Shown: piece after piece, positions 26,768-32,000 of the stretch | Layout: each line of letters starts with the position of its first letter | How positions within the stretch are numbered: the stretch's first letter is position 1 | From: Thermodesulfobacteriota bacterium | GTDB taxonomy: Bacteria; Desulfobacterota; WTBG01; JAGOGO01 | DNA length: 32,000 nucleotides | Reading direction: 5' to 3' | Assembly (NCBI GenBank): GCA_026625185.1 | Contig: CP113000.1 | Span: 1,605,622-1,637,621 of the forward strand | Made by a program: the position numbers and the translations under genes | Notes under the pieces: model-generated | Told to the model about the DNA's origin: nothing | Database searches by the model: none | What the model saw: the letters and a program-made list of their open reading frames with translations, nothing else

Positions 26768-26905
26768 CTATTCAGCTTTGAGGGTGGTTTTGGAAACAGG
26801 TGCGTCCGTCGTTGTCTCTCCCGCTGGTAAAAAAAGCGGGTGGCCGAGAACGCCAAAGATCAGGAACACGATCCAAAACCCATGTCTTAGACAAAATTTT
26901 TTCAC
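26768..26905 (-). CDS. Possible 45-aa exported/membrane mini-protein
   Basis: A GTG start is preceded by AAGGGGG. The translation is (M)KKFCLRHGFWIVFLIFGVLGHPLFLPAGETTTDAPVSKTTLKAE. It lies on the same strand directly downstream of the lipoprotein gene. There is no homology support. Confidence 0.2.
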   Translation of the reverse strand: MKKFCLRHGFWIVFLIFGVLGHPLFLPAGETTTDAPVSKTTLKAE

Positions 26906-27023
26906 TTTGTGCCCCCTTATTTATTAAGGCTATTTGTTAATCTAAATGCCCACCAGAATTTCTCCATGATTGGTGTCGTTTTTCTTTTCCCTCGGTGATT
27001 GGTTAACCTCTGATAATTTTTTC

Positions 27024-28088
27024 CTATCCGGTAGGAATCGTCACAACGGGAGCGCTTCCTTTTTCTCCGGTCTCCACCAGGGTGAATACGAACATCAGAA
27101 AGGAAAAATTTTTTTTGGACCTTAAGTCGCGGTCGTCGATCCAGTAATAAGAGTTACGATAGGGGATTTCAACAAAAGCATCGCCGGGTTTTTCCGATGA
27201 ACTCTGAATTCTGATCAAGGGCAAAATCTTTTCCCCGGAGATCGCGTTTTCCACACGAGTCGGACTTACCCGCTTCTCCTCCACATGGGCGACCGGAACC
27301 TCAATATCCGCAGATATATCCACGAGAACCTCCAAAAGCGACCGCGTAAGGATCGCGATCTCCTTATCATTTTTGGGAATAGTCCCATACACCACTTTAA
27401 AATCATCGGCCTGAGGGGCTAAGCCCAACATCTTCCGAACCTCCATACTCAAAGCATCTATCGTCGGGTCCCGCTTCCCCCGAATAACAATCACGGCGGC
27501 TTCTTCCTTGTCGGTTTTTTTGAACCTCATCCCGATACCCCCTGCCGATTGGATACTCCGCATCTTTTCGATCAGAGAATAAAATTCCGGATCAGCGGAC
27601 CGAGCTCTCGCTTCCCCCCCATAACGATTCCGAATTCCATTGATCTCCTGAACCAGCATCCGAAAGACCAGGTCCACCGGATAGCCGGCCTGCATTAGGC
27701 TGAGGATGGCTGAGGGAGGAATGGGGGCCATCAGGCTGCGCGCAAATTTATCTCCCAGAATGGGGGTGTAGGTGATGGTCGGGCGGTCCGCATACTGTCC
27801 GGTTGTTCCCACAACCCCAGAAGTGGTCCAGGGTTTGGTGTTAAGGGTTGCTCCCAAATTGATTTGCCCCGCAATTTGGTACTGGCTGATCACCGAAGAA
27901 ACGTCCAGAAAAACCGGGGCATCCCCATAACGTAATTTAACCAGGTTAAAAAGCATCTGGTGCTTCCACGAATCGGAAATGGCCGTTGTATAATCGAACC
28001 GGTCCCGGTCAACTGTGTGAGGCCCGATTCCCGCACAGCCGGAAAGCAGCAATAATAAACACAACAAAAATGCCTTTAATCGCAACAT
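27024..28088 (-). CDS. Lipoprotein of unknown function
   Basis: AGGAGG lies 5 nt before the ATG at 28088. The lipobox is LLLLLSG/C. I recognise no domain in the 354 aa. A conserved-looking C-terminus reads YRNSYYWIDDRDLRSKKNFSFLMFVFTL. Confidence 0.75.
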   Translation of the reverse strand: MLRLKAFLLCLLLLLSGCAGIGPHTVDRDRFDYTTAISDSWKHQMLFNLVKLRYGDAPVFLDVSSVISQYQIAGQINLGATLNTKPWTTSGVVGTTGQYADRPTITYTPILGDKFARSLMAPIPPSAILSLMQAGYPVDLVFRMLVQEINGIRNRYGGEARARSADPEFYSLIEKMRSIQSAGGIGMRFKKTDKEEAAVIVIRGKRDPTIDALSMEVRKMLGLAPQADDFKVVYGTIPKNDKEIAILTRSLLEVLVDISADIEVPVAHVEEKRVSPTRVENAISGEKILPLIRIQSSSEKPGDAFVEIPYRNSYYWIDDRDLRSKKNFSFLMFVFTLVETGEKGSAPVVTIPTG

Positions 28089-28122
28089 CAAAGCCTCCTG
28101 TGCCTATATATTATAAGAAGAT

Positions 28123-29607
28123 TCAACTTTTCGGCAGCCATGAGGTCAGGACATGAAATCCCCAGGGGGGAAGTTCTACGTACAATCCGGGGTTGCACAT
28201 CTCGTCTCCACTTCGTTCGTACCTTTGTCCGGTAAAGAGGTCGGTCATCTGCCATGACGTGCCCATAAGTTCATCCCAGGGAAGCTGCACCCGTCCTTGC
28301 GCGCTGGCGTCAGAGAGATTCACGACAACCAGGCATCGTTCCCCCACACCGTGCCAGCACCATCCCAAAAGGTTCAGGTAGCTTTGATTATCCGGCCAGC
28401 CACTTCGGTCACAGAGATGCCAAGTACCTTCACGAATTGCAGGAACGTTGATAGTGTTTAAAAGTTTTTGGTAGAAGTCTCGAAGATCTGCGTCGATCAG
28501 TTCTTCAGGCCTTCGGCCCAGAAATACGGGAAGCTTGACTTTTCGTCCGTCAAACTGTCCTTCATGAAAAAGCTTCGCTCCCGGCAAAGTTGAAGTCGTG
28601 ACCGCAGTCACCCGCTCTTTCTCCGGGGAAAAGGTCGAGGCTGCCCGGGGCTCATCATGGTTTTCGATGAAGCGGACCAGTTTTTTCTGGTAGGCGAGGT
28701 CAGCGCAAAGGTGGAGCCGCACGCTCTCCGCGGTATCGTGTTCCAGGCGGTCGTACAAGCGCTTGTCGTAACAAAAGTCGAATCCCTGCTGCTGGAGTTC
28801 CCATTCGAGGTCCCAATAAGCCTCGGCCATAAAAAGGAAATCCGGATGTGCTTTCTTTGTGGAGGAAATCACATCAACCCAGTACTCGGTTGCGGGCCGT
28901 TGACCCGCGTGGCTACCCCAGGTACGTTCGAAGATAGAGTTGATGAGAAGCATCGCCATGTCGCAGCGCAGCCCATCGCACTGGCCGGCGATATCCGAAA
29001 GGGTCTCAATCACCTTATCGCGGAGTCCATCTTGAAAGGCATTCAGTTGCAGCACATCCGGCCACGCCGGAAAGTAAGGATCCCGGCCGCAGGCAAACAC
29101 CTTTCCTTCCGTCTCAATGAAGGACGCCGGATTGTTCCTCGCATCATCAGCGCTCCCCTGAACGAAGTATTCAGGATGGTTGATGACCCAGGGATGGTCC
29201 GGTGCCACGTGGTTCGGAACGAAATCGAGGATAAGCCTGATCCCCCGCTGGGCGAGTTCTCTCCGGGCAATTGCCAGGCCTTCGGGACCTCCCAGGTGTT
29301 CGTCAACCACGTATCGTCGCACACAATAAGGAGACCCCACGTTATCCTCTGACCGATAATCGGAAAGGGCCCGCCAAAAGTCTTGAAGGAGACCCTGGTT
29401 CTGATTCGCAATGGCGATACCCGCAGGGCTTCGCTCCCAGACACCCATGAACCAGACTGCGTCAACCTTCAAATCGGCGATGCCGTCCCACTTCTCTCGC
29501 GGTACCTCGTCTAAAGTTACCGGACTTTTGTATTCCTGGCTCAATTCCTCCAGCCAAACCCAGGTATTGATTTCATAGATAACCGGATGTTTCGGCCATG
29601 GGTTCAT
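28123..29607 (-). CDS. GH13 alpha-amylase-family glycoside hydrolase (cytoplasmic)
   Basis: The GH13 conserved regions are present: LILDFVPNHVAPDHPW (I), GLRCDMAMLL (II, nucleophile D), FMAEAYWD (III, acid/base E) and FIENHDEPR (IV). There is no signal peptide. The start overlaps the upstream stop (ATGA). Confidence 0.9.
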   Translation of the reverse strand: MNPWPKHPVIYEINTWVWLEELSQEYKSPVTLDEVPREKWDGIADLKVDAVWFMGVWERSPAGIAIANQNQGLLQDFWRALSDYRSEDNVGSPYCVRRYVVDEHLGGPEGLAIARRELAQRGIRLILDFVPNHVAPDHPWVINHPEYFVQGSADDARNNPASFIETEGKVFACGRDPYFPAWPDVLQLNAFQDGLRDKVIETLSDIAGQCDGLRCDMAMLLINSIFERTWGSHAGQRPATEYWVDVISSTKKAHPDFLFMAEAYWDLEWELQQQGFDFCYDKRLYDRLEHDTAESVRLHLCADLAYQKKLVRFIENHDEPRAASTFSPEKERVTAVTTSTLPGAKLFHEGQFDGRKVKLPVFLGRRPEELIDADLRDFYQKLLNTINVPAIREGTWHLCDRSGWPDNQSYLNLLGWCWHGVGERCLVVVNLSDASAQGRVQLPWDELMGTSWQMTDLFTGQRYERSGDEMCNPGLYVELPPWGFHVLTSWLPKS

Positions 29608-32000
29608 TTCTTCACCTCACCTTCAGATTTTCCACGAATGAATGTCCCAACCTTGCCGGCCTCAAGCAGCTTTTGGGGATCGAGAAGTCCAAAGAGCTGG
29701 ATCAGCTTGGCGACCACTCCGGTCCATCCCGTCTGGTGGCTTGCGCCCAGGCCCGCGCCGTTGTCGCCGTGGAAGTATTCGTAGAAGAGGATATGATCAC
29801 GCCAGTGGGGGTCGGACTGCAATTTCTCCGTGCCGCCGTAGAGGGGGCGCTTACCCTGTTCATTACGCAGGAAGATTCGAGTGAGGCGGTCGGCGATCTC
29901 CTTACTCACCTCGAAAAGGTTCATCAGCCTGCCTGAACCGGTCGGGCACTCGATCTTGAAGTTGTCGCCGTAATACAGGTAGAAGCTCAGTAGCGCCCGG
30001 ATAATCATCGCGTTAACCGGCATCCAGATTGGCCCTCGCCAGTTGGAATTGCCGCCGAACATGCCGGTGTTCGACTCGGCCGGCAAATAGTCCACCCGGT
30101 ACTCATGTCCCTCGACATGGAAGATGAAGGGGTGCTTCTCGTGGAACTTGGAGAGTGAGCGGATACCGTAGGGGCTTAGAAACTCATTCTCGTCGAGCAT
30201 TTTCGAGAGAATCCGCCGGAGTCGCTCCGGGTTGACTAGGGCAATGATCCCCCGGTCGGCCACGCCGAGATGACCCGGGCCGGTAGGGTGGATGGTCTCC
30301 AAGAGTTCGGGAATGCGGCGCACACGTTTCAGGAGCAAAGCCAGCGCCCGCGGGACGCGCTCCCGCTGCCACTCTTCGACAACCGTGGTAGCACACAGGG
30401 GCAGGAGTCCCACCATGGAGCGCACCTTGAGCCGCGTGGCGCTGCCGTCGGGAAGGCACAGGAGGTCGTAGTAGAAGCCGTCCTCCTCGTCCCACATGCC
30501 ATCTTGGCCGGGACGGTTCATGGCATAGGCGATATAGTAGAAGTGCTCTGCGAACTTCAGGACCATGTCCTCGTAGGTGTGGTCATGAGCGGCAAGCTCA
30601 ACCGCGAGCTCCAGCATGTTTTGGCTGAAAAAGGCCATCCAGGCCGTGCCGTCCGCCTGCTCAAGGTGACCGCCGGTGGGAAGCGGGGCGCTGCGATCGA
30701 AGACGCCGATGTTGTCGAGGCCGAGGAAGCCCCCCTCGAACACGTTTTTGCCGAACCGGTCCTTGCGGTTCACCCACCAAGTGAAGTTCAGCAGCAGTTT
30801 ATTGAACGCAGCCCTGAGGAAATCGAAATCGGTCTCGCCGCGCAGGGCCTGCTCGGTGCGGTGGAGAAAAAGTGTCGCGAAGGCGTGGACCGGGGGGTTC
30901 ACGTCGCTAAAGTTCCACTCATAGGCGGGCATCTGTCCGCTGGGGTGCAGATAGACGCCCTTGAGCATCAGTTTCATCTGCTCCTTGGCGAAGTCCGGAT
31001 CAACGATCGTGATCGGCAGCGTGTGGAAAGCCAGGTCCCAGGCCGCATACCACGGATACTCCCACTTGTCGGGCATGGAGATGATGTCCTCGTTCAGCAT
31101 GTGGAACCACTCAGAGTTGCGGGCGTTTTTATAGCCGGTATGGAGGGGGTTGGAGTGGTGTTCGTCCAGCCAGTTGTCACCGTCGAAGAAGAAGAACTGT
31201 TTGGTCCAAAGCATGCCGGCGATCGCCTGGCGCATCACGTTGGCCGCGTCTTCACTCACTGATGGCGGGGTGACCGACCGGTAAAACTCATCAGCTTCAC
31301 GGAGCCGGTCAGCAAAGACTTTATCAAAATCCTTGCCAAAGGGTTTGCTTTTCTGGTCCGGAAAACTGTGGGAGAGCCGCAGGCGAATCATTTCGGCCTG
31401 ACCGGCGCCGACATTGATCCGGTAGTGCGCCGCGACCTTGGTGCCCTGCTTGCCGGGGTTTACTGCCTCCTGCCGGCCTAGCACCACGCAGTCGTTGATG
31501 CCGTCCTTGACGTAGGGGCTCTCGTTCTTTTGCCCGAAAAGCCGCTCGTGGTTGGTTTCGTTCTCGGTGAAGAGCAGCGGCACAACTCCTTCGCAGGAAA
31601 GGATGAATTCACCCAGCAGCGGATGAGCCGCCGCGGCCGCGCTCGCGCCTGCCGGTGACTTGATCTGCTTGATGCTTGGTTTCGAGGGGGATCGGTTGGA
31701 TTCGGCAATCCACAGCGACCAGTCATTCCGGAACCACAGAGTGGGCAGGAGATGCAATTCAGCCGCTTCCGGCCCTCGGTTAATTGCGATAATCTTAATC
31801 AGGATGTCCTCTGGGTCAGCCTTGGCATACTCGACGAAAACGTCGAAGTAGCGGCCGTCATTGAAGACGCCGGTATCGAGAAGCTCGTACTCCATTTCGT
31901 TCCGGGAGCGGGATTTGTTGGTTGCCACCAGATCATGATAAGGATAGGCCGACTGGGGATACTTGTAGAGGTATTTCATGTACGAGTGGGTCGGCGTGCT
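29604..32000 (-). CDS. GH63-like (MGH1-like, (alpha/alpha)6) glucosidase, 5' end outside the window
   Basis: A reading frame longer than 790 aa stays open to the window edge; the residues before the listed Met read STPTHSY. The block THSYMKYLYKYPQSAYPY and the overall pattern match bacterial proteins of about 890 aa that I recall being annotated as glucosidase/MGH1-like. Confidence 0.78.
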   Translation of the reverse strand, partial: STPTHSYMKYLYKYPQSAYPYHDLVATNKSRSRNEMEYELLDTGVFNDGRYFDVFVEYAKADPEDILIKIIAINRGPEAAELHLLPTLWFRNDWSLWIAESNRSPSKPSIKQIKSPAGASAAAAAHPLLGEFILSCEGVVPLLFTENETNHERLFGQKNESPYVKDGINDCVVLGRQEAVNPGKQGTKVAAHYRINVGAGQAEMIRLRLSHSFPDQKSKPFGKDFDKVFADRLREADEFYRSVTPPSVSEDAANVMRQAIAGMLWTKQFFFFDGDNWLDEHHSNPLHTGYKNARNSEWFHMLNEDIISMPDKWEYPWYAAWDLAFHTLPITIVDPDFAKEQMKLMLKGVYLHPSGQMPAYEWNFSDVNPPVHAFATLFLHRTEQALRGETDFDFLRAAFNKLLLNFTWWVNRKDRFGKNVFEGGFLGLDNIGVFDRSAPLPTGGHLEQADGTAWMAFFSQNMLELAVELAAHDHTYEDMVLKFAEHFYYIAYAMNRPGQDGMWDEEDGFYYDLLCLPDGSATRLKVRSMVGLLPLCATTVVEEWQRERVPRALALLLKRVRRIPELLETIHPTGPGHLGVADRGIIALVNPERLRRILSKMLDENEFLSPYGIRSLSKFHEKHPFIFHVEGHEYRVDYLPAESNTGMFGGNSNWRGPIWMPVNAMIIRALLSFYLYYGDNFKIECPTGSGRLMNLFEVSKEIADRLTRIFLRNEQGKRPLYGGTEKLQSDPHWRDHILFYEYFHGDNGAGLGASHQTGWTGVVAKLIQLFGLLDPQKLLEAGKVGTFIRGKSEGEVKK

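Noticed and set aside
28657-31262. Long plus-strand ORFs 28657-29352 (231 aa) and 30270-31262 (330 aa)
   Set aside because: They are antisense to the GH13 and GH63-like genes. Long stop-free antisense frames are expected in GC-rich coding DNA, and they have no motifs.

Overview
This is a chromosomal window from a Gram-negative, probably anaerobic bacterium. Supporting genes are an LpxL-family acyltransferase, a lipobox lipoprotein, a DciA/DUF721 protein and a tungsten-type aldehyde:ferredoxin oxidoreductase; the phylum cannot be determined from this sequence alone. From 1 to 12.6 kb the window holds intact housekeeping genes: DEAD-box helicase, ilvD, DUF721, a tRNA/N6-adenine-type methyltransferase, the metK-ahcY methyl-cycle pair, an APC amino-acid permease, an LpxL-like acyltransferase and pfk. 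From 12.9 to 15.2 kb there is a secreted DUF2950 + DUF3300 gene pair of unknown function; the DUF3300 protein ends in an RGG/Gly-rich tail encoded by a 27-bp tandem repeat. From 15.3 to 16.0 kb there is a very AT-rich spacer of about 800 bp. From 16 to 24.6 kb there is a carbon-metabolism block with intact pyk, glgP and a ferredoxin + AOR pair. Short fossils of other genes are embedded in this block: an internally deleted class II fba, a 19-codon gap stub, a pfk fragment of about 37 codons, the 3' third of gpmA, a frameshifted Pta-type 5' stub, an IS630 transposase fragment and a probably disrupted ICMT-like methyltransferase. From 24.9 to 32 kb all genes lie on the minus strand: two small exported proteins (one with a mirror-symmetric six-Cys pattern), a probably frameshifted GNAT, a lipoprotein of unknown function, and a visibly GC-richer, translationally coupled GH63-like + GH13 glycosidase pair that runs off the window end. 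I saw no rRNA, tRNA or CRISPR array. The most unusual aspects are the density of gene remnants with directly readable junctions, a structured leader of about 220 nt upstream of ilvD, the DUF3300/DUF2950 module, and the Cys-stapled exported mini-protein. All homology calls come from motif recognition by eye and need database confirmation.
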